In this document: positions 33,557-44,188 of the stretch, piece by piece
How the letters are laid out: every line of letters begins with the position of its first letter
How positions within the stretch are numbered: the stretch's first letter is position 1
From: Calditrichia bacterium
Lineage (GTDB): Bacteria > Calditrichota > Calditrichia > JAJRVZ01
DNA: 64,000 nucleotides
Reading direction: 5' to 3'
NCBI GenBank assembly: GCA_963796965.1
Contig: CAWCNS010000007.1
Span: forward strand, 64,001 to 128,000
Program-made: the position numbers and the translations under genes
The notes under the pieces: generated by a model
The model's input: only the letters and a program-made list of their open reading frames with translations
What the model was told of the DNA's origin: nothing
Databases searched by the model: none

Positions 33557-35347
33557 ATGAAATCAAATTTTCTTAATAGAATTCCACTTTGGCTCAGAAT
33601 TATTCTGGCCAGCCTGCTATTCCTATTCATTTTAATCTATTTCTACCTGCTGCTTCCTTTTTGGGGGGTGCCCTTTAACGCCCAACGTCATGGAAATCCA
33701 CCGCTTACACCTGCCTGGGCATTGGAATGCTGGTTATGGGAAGATGATGTGAATACGGCGGAATATGTGGATGAACTCCTTGCCGGATACAGAAAACATG
33801 ATATCCCTGTCCGCACAATACTTCTTGATAGCCCATGGAGTTTGCGTTATAATGATTTTATCGTTGATGAAAGTCGTTATCCGGATCCGGCAAATTGGTT
33901 TAAAAGTCTGCAAAATCAGGATTATAGAGTTGTCCTTTGGATGACAAGTATGGTTAATTCCAAAAACAAAGATACGGCCATTATCGATGATCCTGATTGG
34001 GTTAATTCAGCAAAAAGTAGGGGTTTTCTCACTGGAAAAGGGGCAGAGATAAAATGGTGGAAAGGGAGAGGGGGCTTTATTGATTATACAAATCCCGAAG
34101 CAATGGCATGGTGGCGGAAAATACAACAAAAAGTCTTTGATTATGGCATCGATGGATGGAAGTTAGATGGCACAGCAACATTGCCCTGGAGTACGTTGGG
34201 CTCATTACCCTGGTTTTACCACAGCACCTTTAGCGGATGTATGACGACAAGAACCTATATGGATCATTATTACAGGGACGAATATCATCATGGACTTAAA
34301 CAAAATCCAGAATTCGTGACACTTGTTCGATCAATTGATCGACCTTATATACATCCGGAAGGTTTTGCTCCCATTGATGCCGCTCCGGTAACCTGGGTTG
34401 GCGATCAGCGTCATTCCTGGAAATCATCTGGTAATTTGCGATCCTCGTCCGAAGATGATGTGGATCTGGTTATGGATGGCATTGAGGGAATTGAGATGGC
34501 CATAGAGAATATATTAGCTGCTGCTCAGTTGGGTTATAATGTCATTGGTTCAGATGTGGCCGGATTCTCTGGCCGGATAATCCCACCGCGCTTATATATA
34601 CGCTGGGCGCAATTTTCTGCATTTTGTGGACTCTTTCTAAATGGTGGACATGGGGAGAGAGCTTTATGGAAACGAAGTAGGCAAGAGTTAAAAATAATCC
34701 GTAAATTTGCCTGGCTTCATACTGAACTAATCCCCTATATGTATAGTTATATAGTGGAAGGACATAGGGGGGGTAATGTATTACAGCGTCCGGTTGATGG
34801 GAAGTATCACTACCTCTTTGGTGAATATCTATTAATTGCACCTATTTACGAGGATTCGCAGACACGAATTGTGGATCTTCCTGAGGGGGAATGGCGTTAT
34901 CTATTTAACGATCATGAATTAATTGAGGGATCATCAACCATTGAACGTGCGTTTCCGCTTGATGAATATCCAGTCTATGTGCGTGAAGGGGCGATTATTC
35001 CGTTAAAGGTAACCAGACCCTATACAGGTTTTGGAGATTCGACATCAGCTGGATATTTGACGATTCTGCTTTATCCCGGTAAGGATTCATCTTTCCTGTA
35101 TTATCAACCAGATGGCAAGAGATTGACTACTATCTCTGTTAGAAAAGAGAAAGATAATCTTGAGATAAGTCTGGCTGGCGATAAGATTCCACATCTGTTG
35201 AGAATTTATAGGGAGAGTGAACCTCAGGAAGTGATACTTGATGGTGGGGTTTTGGAGAAGGGTAAGAGCTGGCAATTTGTCTCTGATGATAACCGCCTGA
35301 TTATGAAAACAGATGCGTACGGGCAGGGTAATTATGTTATTCGCTGA
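33557..35347 (+). CDS. GH31 glycoside hydrolase, N-terminal membrane anchor
   Basis: LLDSPW, IDYTNPEAMAWW, GIDGWKLD (nucleophile), WVGD, GSDVAGF, YIRWAQFSAF. Confidence 0.88.
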   Translation: MKSNFLNRIPLWLRIILASLLFLFILIYFYLLLPFWGVPFNAQRHGNPPLTPAWALECWLWEDDVNTAEYVDELLAGYRKHDIPVRTILLDSPWSLRYNDFIVDESRYPDPANWFKSLQNQDYRVVLWMTSMVNSKNKDTAIIDDPDWVNSAKSRGFLTGKGAEIKWWKGRGGFIDYTNPEAMAWWRKIQQKVFDYGIDGWKLDGTATLPWSTLGSLPWFYHSTFSGCMTTRTYMDHYYRDEYHHGLKQNPEFVTLVRSIDRPYIHPEGFAPIDAAPVTWVGDQRHSWKSSGNLRSSSEDDVDLVMDGIEGIEMAIENILAAAQLGYNVIGSDVAGFSGRIIPPRLYIRWAQFSAFCGLFLNGGHGERALWKRSRQELKIIRKFAWLHTELIPYMYSYIVEGHRGGNVLQRPVDGKYHYLFGEYLLIAPIYEDSQTRIVDLPEGEWRYLFNDHELIEGSSTIERAFPLDEYPVYVREGAIIPLKVTRPYTGFGDSTSAGYLTILLYPGKDSSFLYYQPDGKRLTTISVRKEKDNLEISLAGDKIPHLLRIYRESEPQEVILDGGVLEKGKSWQFVSDDNRLIMKTDAYGQGNYVIR

Positions 35348-35651
35348 TTGGGTATGGATAGTCACAGATTTCGTTGTTTTACAGTATAAGTGTGTTGTCG
35401 TGTAACCTTAATAGGGGCTGTTGCAGATTCGGATATTTACCTCAAACCGCAAGGGAGCAAAGGCCTGTTTCCCCTTTGGAAAGGGGGAACAAATTTTGCT
35501 TATTCGATAAAAAAGTCAGTTCTGGCTAATTACAGCCTATACTCCAAACTTCGGAAACTTAGATGTTGTTATTTGATAACTTTTAAATTCATAAATTAAC
35601 CAGGTTTAATTGGTTTAACTGTATAGGAAAAATAAAAGAAAGGATTCTTAT

Positions 35652-38619
35652 ATGTTAGTTCGTGTTTTTAGTTTATTTATGATGGTTTTATTCTTAATGA
35701 ATTCAAACCTCAATGCAGATGGGAAACTATTGCGGGGCGAGGTTTGGAAAAAGTTCAGCTATGAAGGAAAAAAAGCGGATTTTTATGTATCTATAAAGGG
35801 AAATGATGATTGGTCCGGTACCTTAGCTGAACCAAATTCTAAAAAAACAGATGGCCCTTTTGCAACGATTGAGCGTGCTATGTCGGCTGTTCGGGAATTG
35901 AAACAGAAAGTCTATAAACCAAAAGTTGAGCCGGTAGAGAAAAGATATATTGGATCAGACCATCAGCTTGGTGAAGGAAAAGATATCCTTGTATATATTC
36001 GTGAAGGTTATTATCCATTGGAGAATCCTCTCGAATTTACACCGGATGATGGGGGCGAGCGTGTACAAACAAATCTCCCAACGGGTGCTTTTGAATATCA
36101 TAAACTTAAGGATCAATATGTAACCTATGCTGCTTATCCTGGTGAGAAACCAGTTATCCTGGGTGGGAAGTTAATTACATCCTGGAAGAAAAAGAATGAT
36201 CATTGGGTAAGCAAACCTGATATGAAGGAAGTAAAATCATTGGTAGCTGATGGTGTGATGCAGCCCCTGGCCCGCATACCAAATTCTGGGTTTTTTAAAC
36301 CTGCCGAACTCCCCAAGACGAAGCAATCTTTCAAATACCGGAAAGGAGATATAGAAAACTGGCCGGACATGGAGGATAACAGGATTATTATGCTGCTCCG
36401 CTGGCATACCGGTCATAATTCAATTGCACGTATTGATGAAACCAACCAAACAATCCATTTAAGCGAGCCTCAAAAAGGTATTGTGGTTGTCCCACCCCGC
36501 TATTATATAGAAAATGTTAAATCTCTTCTGGATGGTCCTGGCGAGTGGTTTTTTGACAAGAATTCAGGAGAATTATCATTTATCCCTCCAATCGGGATCC
36601 AGGATCCTAAAGAACTTTTCTGCATCGCTCCGGCGCTGGACCAAATTCTGGTCGTTAGCGGTAACCGTGAAAAGCCGGTCCGGAATCTTCGATTTTATGG
36701 ATTAAGTTTTGAAGGAGTTAATGCCGGTAAAGCGGCAATCAATTTTGAGTATGCTCATAATTGTGAACTTGTTGACTCAAAATTAACAGCCATGTCCGGA
36801 AAAGGTGTTGCCTTAGGGCTTGGAAGTTATCAGAATAAAATTCTCTATAATACTATTACAGATATCGGCAGCAGTGCTATTTCGGTCGAAGGTGCGCCTC
36901 ATCCGGAATACTGGATGGATATCATCCGTGAAACTGTAATTTCCTATAATTATGTTGAAAATGCCGGTGGTAGCAGCATCTCTGACCATAATACACTCAA
37001 CTCAATTATTTCACACAATGAAGTAACCAATAACCATGGGCGGACCGGGATTTCCGTTGGAGGATGGAGAAATCTGGAAGAAGCCATCACAGGTGGTTAC
37101 CGCGTAGAATATAATCATGTTCACCATGTACAATCGCGTGCCGATGATTCCGGTGCCATCACGACTTCCGGGATGACGTATGATTCATGGGTGCGAAATA
37201 ATCTGATACATCACGTAAAAGCCGGTTATTTTAATAATAATGTGGCAATATGGTTTGATAATATGTCCTCGGGATGGCGCGCAGAAGATAATATCCTTTA
37301 TAATCTTGAGCAGGATGATATGAAACTGTGTGCCGCTAATCTGGTGGATAATCTCTATCTCTTAAATTTCCCCATCGAACCACCGATAAATGAACCGGAA
37401 GGGATTATTAACGGCAAACCTGATTTTGTCATAGATGATCTCCAGGTGGTGAGTGCTGTTACAGCTTCAGGAAAGGAATTGGTTACAGGAGACTATATTC
37501 AGGTAAATGCGAGGGTAACCAACAAGGGTGCGACAGGAATTGAAACAATTGATCTCTACGTGGATGGCAAAAAGGAGCAAGCTGAAAAAAATTCCGGTAA
37601 TCCACAATAATTCACGCACCATTTCATTTCAGACAAGATTTGTGGAGCCAGGCGAGCATAAGGTTGCCATTGGTACGACACCATACAAAATTATAAATCT
37701 TGAGGGCGACAGACCTCCGGCTTTATTTGACTCTCTTATGTTATCCGGGTATTTCTTACCTGCAGGTGATGAGGTTTTGATCTCCGGTGTTGTTGAGAAT
37801 GTCCAGAAAAGCAAATCTTCTGTTATAGCAGAGTTGAAAATCAACAACAAAGTTGTCGAATCGACAGAAGTGTCCATAGAGCCCGGTATAACCAAACAAA
37901 TTAGATTCAGGCAGAATCTGGACCCGGGGCAATACATGATAAGTATTGGAAATACACCACCGGTTCGTCTGGAGGTTTACCCGCATAATAAGATCAACAT
38001 AGCCACAGTGAAAATGAAACAATACTGTTCAGGCACGGCTGATCCTTGTTCTTTTGATGTAGATCAGAAAGCGAATAAATTCAAGTTGGAAACAGCTGGA
38101 ACTGATTTTATGCATGGAGAGGATTCATACGGAACTGCCTATTTGGAAAAGCCTATCAAAGGTAATTTCGTAGCAACAGTAAAGGTGAAGAAATTTCCAA
38201 ACCGAACACATCAGTGGTTCCGGGCGGGTCTTTTTGTTCGAAATGATATGGAAAAGAGTTTTGACACGGGTGAAGCGAGTCTCGGCTCTGTCTTATGGTT
38301 TGTAACTCCAGGCCGGGTGGGTATGAACTGGGATAGGTATGGAAATGGTGCGATGCATTGGGCGAGCAGTGAGAACCATAAAACGATAGATCCCGATATG
38401 ATGTGGTTGAAGCTTGTTCGTCATGGTAATAAATTTTCTGGTTTCGTAAGTTATGACGGTGAAAATTGGACTGTCTCACGTCAAACAGAGGAAATCCCGG
38501 GAGTTGCAGATGCTGTCCATCTCGGCCTAGCGGCAGGTGGCTGTGATGAAAAGATTTATACCGTTGAATTTGAGGATTTCCAGGTCGAAGTTGAAGAGGA
38601 TGGCTGGAAACTGCGATGA
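35652..38619 (+). CDS. Secreted right-handed beta-helix protein with CARDB-like and concanavalin/DUF1349-like domains (frameshift at A-run near 37590)
   Basis: FYVSIKGNDDWSG..DGPFATIERA, YAAYPGEKPVILGG, LDGPGEWF, DSGAI, IWFDNMSSG; C-terminal WLKLVRHGNKFSGFVSYDGENW. Confidence 0.8.
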
Positions 38620-38626
38620 AGTGATT

Positions 38627-38784
38627 GTCTCGCGCAGCGACGCAACGCCGCAGAGAAAAGCAATAAAAAATAAATAATACAAAATAAAAAAAGCATTAAT
38701 TTCATGGTTGTCGAATAGTTCTTTATTAAAATTTTGTGTAATTCGTGGATAAAAAACACTGCGTCGCTGCGGCGCTGCGTGAGA
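38627..38784. repeat. CGCAGCGACGC-type inverted-repeat element
   Basis: tctcgcgcagcgacgcaacgccgcagag / ctgcgtcgctgcggcgctgcgtgaga. Confidence 0.78.
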
Positions 38785-38809
38785 TAATATATATCGAAGA
38801 AAGAGAAAA

Positions 38810-39898
38810 ATGACATCAAAAGAACGTGTTTATAATGCCTTAAATAAAAAGCCTGTGGATCGTGTGCCAATCTACATGTGGTATCATCCCGGCACTAGCA
38901 GGCGTTTGGCTAAACTTCTTGAGATACCTGAAAAATACGTGTCTCTGGCCCTTGGTGATGATATTAAACAGACCTGGACACATAATAATTATGCCATGGA
39001 AAATGTACCTCTTAAAGAAGGAGAAATGTATAAAGATGAATGGGGTCTGGTATGGACAAGGCAGGGTGATTTTAATCAAATCCATGAATACCCTCTTGCT
39101 CAGTCATCGGATGAAGAAATTTTAAATTACCAATTTCCTTATGATCGGGTCGAAAGATTAAATGATTTTATGATACCGGTGATAGAAAACCGTGGTGATT
39201 ACTTTATTGGTTGTGATATCTCTCCCTGTGTATTTGAGATGTTCTGGCGATTGCGTGGTCTTGAAAATACTATGTTTGATTTGATTGGACAAAGTGAGGC
39301 GACTCTGAAATTGTTGCAAGACTGTGCAGATTTCTCAATTGCCCTCGCCGAGGCAGCAATGAATAAATATAACCTCGATTGGGTCTGGACAGGTGATGAT
39401 GCCGGTTCTCAGGATAACATGCTTATGAGTCCGGAGATGTGGCGGGCATTAATCAAGCCTGGCTTAAAAAATATATTCGACACGATCAAAACAGGTAATA
39501 AAATTGTTGCTTTCCACTCTTGTGGCGCCATTCGCCCCATAATCGATGATCTGATTGAGATAGGCATCGAAGTGCTTAATCCCATTCAACCGAACTGTCC
39601 GGGTATGAATCCCCTTGATCTCAAAAAAGAATATGGTGCAGATATTGCGTTTATGGGTGGTGTGGATACACAGGGCGTTGTTCCCAATGGCAGTGTTGAT
39701 GATGTTTATAAGACTACTAAGGAACTGGTTGAGGGCATGACGGCTGATGGTGGCGGTTACATCCTTGCTGCAGCCCATACGGTACCACCGGAAACCCCCG
39801 ATGATAATATTTTTGCCATGTATGATGCCGCAGGTGTTTCTAAAGAATCAATTTTTGATATGGCGGCGGATATACGGCAGCGTGTGTCAATATTGTAG
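38810..39898 (+). CDS. Uroporphyrinogen decarboxylase-like (URO-D / MtaA-CmuA) family protein
   Basis: MTSKERV..KPVDRVP, DEWG, GDDAG..MSPEMWR, FHSCG, NPIQP, GGVDTQ, GGYILAAAH. Confidence 0.88.
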   Translation: MTSKERVYNALNKKPVDRVPIYMWYHPGTSRRLAKLLEIPEKYVSLALGDDIKQTWTHNNYAMENVPLKEGEMYKDEWGLVWTRQGDFNQIHEYPLAQSSDEEILNYQFPYDRVERLNDFMIPVIENRGDYFIGCDISPCVFEMFWRLRGLENTMFDLIGQSEATLKLLQDCADFSIALAEAAMNKYNLDWVWTGDDAGSQDNMLMSPEMWRALIKPGLKNIFDTIKTGNKIVAFHSCGAIRPIIDDLIEIGIEVLNPIQPNCPGMNPLDLKKEYGADIAFMGGVDTQGVVPNGSVDDVYKTTKELVEGMTADGGGYILAAAHTVPPETPDDNIFAMYDAAGVSKESIFDMAADIRQRVSIL

Positions 39899-40022
39899 CG
39901 ACGCACGGCTGTGCGTCTGATTGGTGAGAGAAGAGGGTAGAGAGTAATTTGTAGAGAGTTGAGGGTCGAGAGTACAGGAAGCGGAAAGCGAAGAAAGTAG
40001 CGACGCACGGCCGTGCGTCTGA
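39895..40022 (+). repeat. Two direct copies of a GTAG-type REP-like palindrome flanking 7-bp periodic repeats
   Basis: GTAGCGACGCACGGC(T/C)GTGCGTCTGA at 39895-39920 and 39997-40022. Confidence 0.85.
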
Positions 40023-40054
40023 TCGCAAAGCGAAAATAAAAAAGGAAACTAATC

Positions 40055-42112
40055 GTGAAATTTGTTCTACTGATAATTATGATTTTTATTGGTGTGATTC
40101 TGTCGTCTTGTAACGATTCTGATAGTGATGTTGTCTTTTATGATAATTTTGACCGACAATTACGCGGTCCACTGAGCACACATCTTGGAGCTCATACGGA
40201 GTATCATTACTTGCCAGTCGCAGCGCCAAAAGGGGATTGGGCAGTCTCTAATTACAGGGGCTGGTGGAGTCTGCGGAAAACAAACGATGAGGCTTATCTT
40301 CACCAGAGTAAAATTGACAAAGCGATGTATACACATCCTATGGTTGTTGCCGGTGATGCTTTATGGGAGAATTATAATGTTTCAGTTACCTTTGTCCCTG
40401 AGTCAAATGAGTTTCAAAGTGGCGTTGTCTTGAGGTACCAAAATGACAGATGTTATTACTTCTTCGGGATTCATGGTGATAAAGTGGTCTTAAAAGTGGT
40501 AAATCATGCCATCGGATTTCATGAACCTGATGAGAAAATACTGGCGCAGGCTGACTATACCTGGCAAACGGAAAGTATATTGAAGGCCAATGTAAAATTA
40601 GAGGGTGATGATATACATGCTGAGCTGGAGAATATTGCGGTTCTGGAGGCAACAGACGCCACCTTTAAAAGGGGAAAGGTGGCACTAACTGCCGATGTTC
40701 CGGCAAGATTCACGGAAATATCCGTGTCAATGTCTAAAGAAAATAAAAGAAGGTTTACGGAAGCCAGAAAATCTTTCGATGAACTGGAAAGGGACCTGCA
40801 GGCGAAAAATCCAAAACCGGTTCTTTGGAAAAAAATTGAGACAAAAGGATTTGGTGTCGGTAGGAATCTTCGATTTGGCGACCTCAATAATGATGGTGAA
40901 ATTGATGTCTTGATTGGTCAGGTGCTTCATCATGGACCTAAAGATCGTAACAGCGAATTAGGCTGTCTTACGGCTATGACCTTTGATGGTGAAAAATTAT
41001 GGCAGATAGGGAAACCCGATCCGTGGAAGGATTTCCTGACAAATGATGTGGGGTTTCAAATTCATGATATTGACCAGGATGGGCGAAATGAGGTTATTTA
41101 CAGTAAAGATCTTGAATTAATTGTCGCGGATGGTGCAACAGGTAAAACCAGGTATAAATCTCCCACACCCAAAACTCCCGGTGGTAAACCCTATAAAAAT
41201 GAATATAATATATATTCACGAATTCTTGGAGACTGTATTTATTTCTGTGATCTGCGGGGGACCGGTTATGATAGTGATATCATAATTAAAGACCGTTATC
41301 GTAATCTCTGGGCTTATACGGATAAATTAAAACTGCTATGGAAGGCTGAATGTAATACGGGGCATTATCCCTATGCCTATGATGTGGATAATGATGGGAA
41401 AGATGAATTATTGATTGGTTATACGCTGTTTGATGATAATGGTAAAAAATTATGGACGCTTGATGATAAGATTAAGGATCATGCTGATGGGGTAGCCGTT
41501 GTCCAATTTAATAACGGAGAGGAATTGAAAATTCTCTGTGCCGCCAGCGATGAAGGTATGATATTTATCGACATAGAAGGGAAAATTTTAAAGCATCATT
41601 ATCTTGGCCATGTCCAAAATCCGGCTGTGGCTAATTTTCGGGATGATTTGCCCGGGTTAGAAACAGTCTCGATCAATTTTTGGAAAAATCAGGGAATAAT
41701 TAATTATTTCGATTCCAAGGGAGATGTTTATCATAGTTTTGAGCCCAATCAGTTTGGAAGTATGTGTTTACCAATCAACTGGACTGGCCGCTCTGAAGAA
41801 TTTTTTGTTCATAATCCCAATGTGGACGAGGGTGGGATGTTTGATGGTTGGGGAAGAAGAGTGGTTAATTTTCCTGACGATGGTCATCCGGATATGTGCA
41901 ACGCTGTTATGGATATTACCGGGGACTGCCGTGATGAGGTGGTGGTTTGGGATCCTTATGCAATATGGGTTTATACACAGGAAGATAATCCTGTAAAAGG
42001 TAAGTTATATAAACCGGAGAGAAATCCTTTATATAACTATTCAAACTACCAGGCGACCGTATCATTGCCTGGGTATGTCGGAGTAATTTGCAGTCTAAAT
42101 AAGAGAATTTAA
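40055..42112 (+). CDS. Lipoprotein with concanavalin-like N-domain and FG-GAP-type propeller (PL11 rhamnogalacturonan lyase-like)
   Basis: Lipobox LSSC; repeated Ca-binding motifs GDLNNDGEID, HDIDQDGRNE, YDVDNDGKDE, DITGDCRDE; GH/HAD motifs. Confidence 0.6.
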   Translation: MKFVLLIIMIFIGVILSSCNDSDSDVVFYDNFDRQLRGPLSTHLGAHTEYHYLPVAAPKGDWAVSNYRGWWSLRKTNDEAYLHQSKIDKAMYTHPMVVAGDALWENYNVSVTFVPESNEFQSGVVLRYQNDRCYYFFGIHGDKVVLKVVNHAIGFHEPDEKILAQADYTWQTESILKANVKLEGDDIHAELENIAVLEATDATFKRGKVALTADVPARFTEISVSMSKENKRRFTEARKSFDELERDLQAKNPKPVLWKKIETKGFGVGRNLRFGDLNNDGEIDVLIGQVLHHGPKDRNSELGCLTAMTFDGEKLWQIGKPDPWKDFLTNDVGFQIHDIDQDGRNEVIYSKDLELIVADGATGKTRYKSPTPKTPGGKPYKNEYNIYSRILGDCIYFCDLRGTGYDSDIIIKDRYRNLWAYTDKLKLLWKAECNTGHYPYAYDVDNDGKDELLIGYTLFDDNGKKLWTLDDKIKDHADGVAVVQFNNGEELKILCAASDEGMIFIDIEGKILKHHYLGHVQNPAVANFRDDLPGLETVSINFWKNQGIINYFDSKGDVYHSFEPNQFGSMCLPINWTGRSEEFFVHNPNVDEGGMFDGWGRRVVNFPDDGHPDMCNAVMDITGDCRDEVVVWDPYAIWVYTQEDNPVKGKLYKPERNPLYNYSNYQATVSLPGYVGVICSLNKRI

Positions 42113-42179
42113 TGTTATTTATTCCCTGTTCACTTGAGCGAATTTCATTATTTCGTAATTTGATAGAATATAGCAAAGC

Positions 42180-42240
42180 GTCAACCTGAACTTGTTTCAG
42201 GTTCTATGTTACATAGATTCCGAAATAAATTCGGAATGAC
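42180..42240. repeat. GTCA...GAATGAC paired palindrome element
   Basis: gtcaacctgaacttgtttcaggttct / agattccgaaataaattcggaatgac. Confidence 0.8.
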
Positions 42241-42309
42241 TTTTTTTGATAATTTAAAAATGAGAAAACCTATAATATTTGCTTCACATTAAAACTAAAG
42301 AAAAAACAT

Positions 42310-44044
42310 ATGACTGAGAATAAACAATCACATAGAGTATTAAAAAATCTAATTGCTCTGCTCCTGTATTGCCTCTTGACGCTATCATCTCTGGCCCAAA
42401 CACCGGCTTTTCCGGGAGCAGAAGGATTTGCTGCTTATACAACCGGAGGGCGTGGTGGCGATGTTTATCATGTAACTACCCTCACCGATTCCGGGGAGGG
42501 ATCCTTGCGATTATGGTATAGAGTCGGCTGTTGGACCCAGAACAATCGTTTTCGATACATCAGGAACAATCATTTTAAAATCGATTCTTTGGATAAAAAA
42601 ACCAAATATTACTATAGCCGGACAATCAGCCCCCGGAGAGGGGATTTGTATCCGCGATTATAGTGTCAATATCAAAAAGACCCATGATATTATTATCCGT
42701 TATGTTCGGATCCGTTTGGGCGATATTCAAACTTTGGCCAATGGTGATCCGACAAGTTCAACTGGCCTTGATGTGGTTTCCATCGATGATTCCAAAAATA
42801 TAATTTTTGATCATGTTTCCCTTTCCTGGAGTTGTGATGAGGTGTTTGGGATCGTGCAGAACGAGAATGTGACAATCCAGTGGTGCATAATTTCAGAACC
42901 TCTGGGGGATCCCTTGCTGCATCCTTATGGAACCAGTCACGCCTATGGATTAAATAACAGTGCGAATACCTTAAGTGTTCATCACTGCCTGGTATCAAAT
43001 TATGTAATGCGTGGTCCCGAGTTTGAACCCAATGATGCGGTTTCTGATCAGGGCTATCCTGTTTATATGGAATCTGTAAATAATGTGCTCTATGACTATA
43101 AAAAATCAGGCTCACGTTATAAAACAGGTATTGAAGATTATCCTGAGCAGGCGGTGGGGATTGACTTCCGCTTTCATTTCCTAAATAATTATTATCTGCG
43201 GAAACCCGGTTCGAGTGCTCCTGAAATTCATGCCGTTATCAAGCATGGGGTTACCGATCAGTTAAAAGTGCATGTTGATGGAAACATCGGACCGAACAGG
43301 AGCAATGACACCCTTAATCCATGGCTTTCGGTTTATGTTGAAAACGGACCGAATATTTTGCAGGCCCCTGACAGCATCAAATCACAGATGTCCGATCTGC
43401 CCCTATTTTCTTCTCCGGTTCCTGTGACCATGCAGAGTGCAGAAGAAGCCTATACCTCGGTAATACAATCTTCCGGCTGTAGCCTCTGGCGTGATAGTGT
43501 TGATACGCGGATTGTGGATGATGTCCTCAACCGGAAATTCAATGATTATCTTCATTCTCAGGAAGAAGTGGGTGGCTGGCCAATCATAAAATCTGCCTCA
43601 GCGTCTCCGGATACGGACCGCGATGGTATGCCCGATTGGTGGGAAGATGATCAGGGACTCAATAAAAATAATCCTGATGATAGAAATGATATTCGTGATC
43701 CTGATGGATACACAAATCTGGAAAACTATCTTAATGGTAATCATCTGATATCAGGTATGGGTGGGGTTGTCCAGCCGGAGTCCTATGATCTTGACTTGCG
43801 TAATTTTCCCAATCCTTTCAACGCGGATACGCAGGTTCTATATCATATTCCTTACAAGACAACTGTTCTGATTAGCTTATATAATATGACTGGCCAACAT
43901 TTGATGGATTTGGTTAATCAGGTACAGCAGGCGGGTTCCCACCAGGTGGCGCTATCCGGCTCTCACCTGGCCAGCGGCACCTATATTATCAAGATGACAA
44001 CAAAAGATCAGAGCATATCCAGAAAAATATCTATTCTGAAGTAG
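42310..44044 (+). CDS. PL1 pectate lyase-like protein with T9SS-type C-terminal domain (frameshift near 42510)
   Basis: [23 protein letters not shown], alternate-frame [48 protein letters not shown]. Confidence 0.88.
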
Positions 44045-44188
44045 TCGTACGAAAAATACCCGGCAAAGTAATTTTGAATTTGTGATATTGATCTCATCTT
44101 CCAATCCTCGGGATATTTAAATTATACCAACATAATTTATTCCCTTAAATCTATAGAAGATATTCTTCTGAGTTGTTAGAAGGATTCG

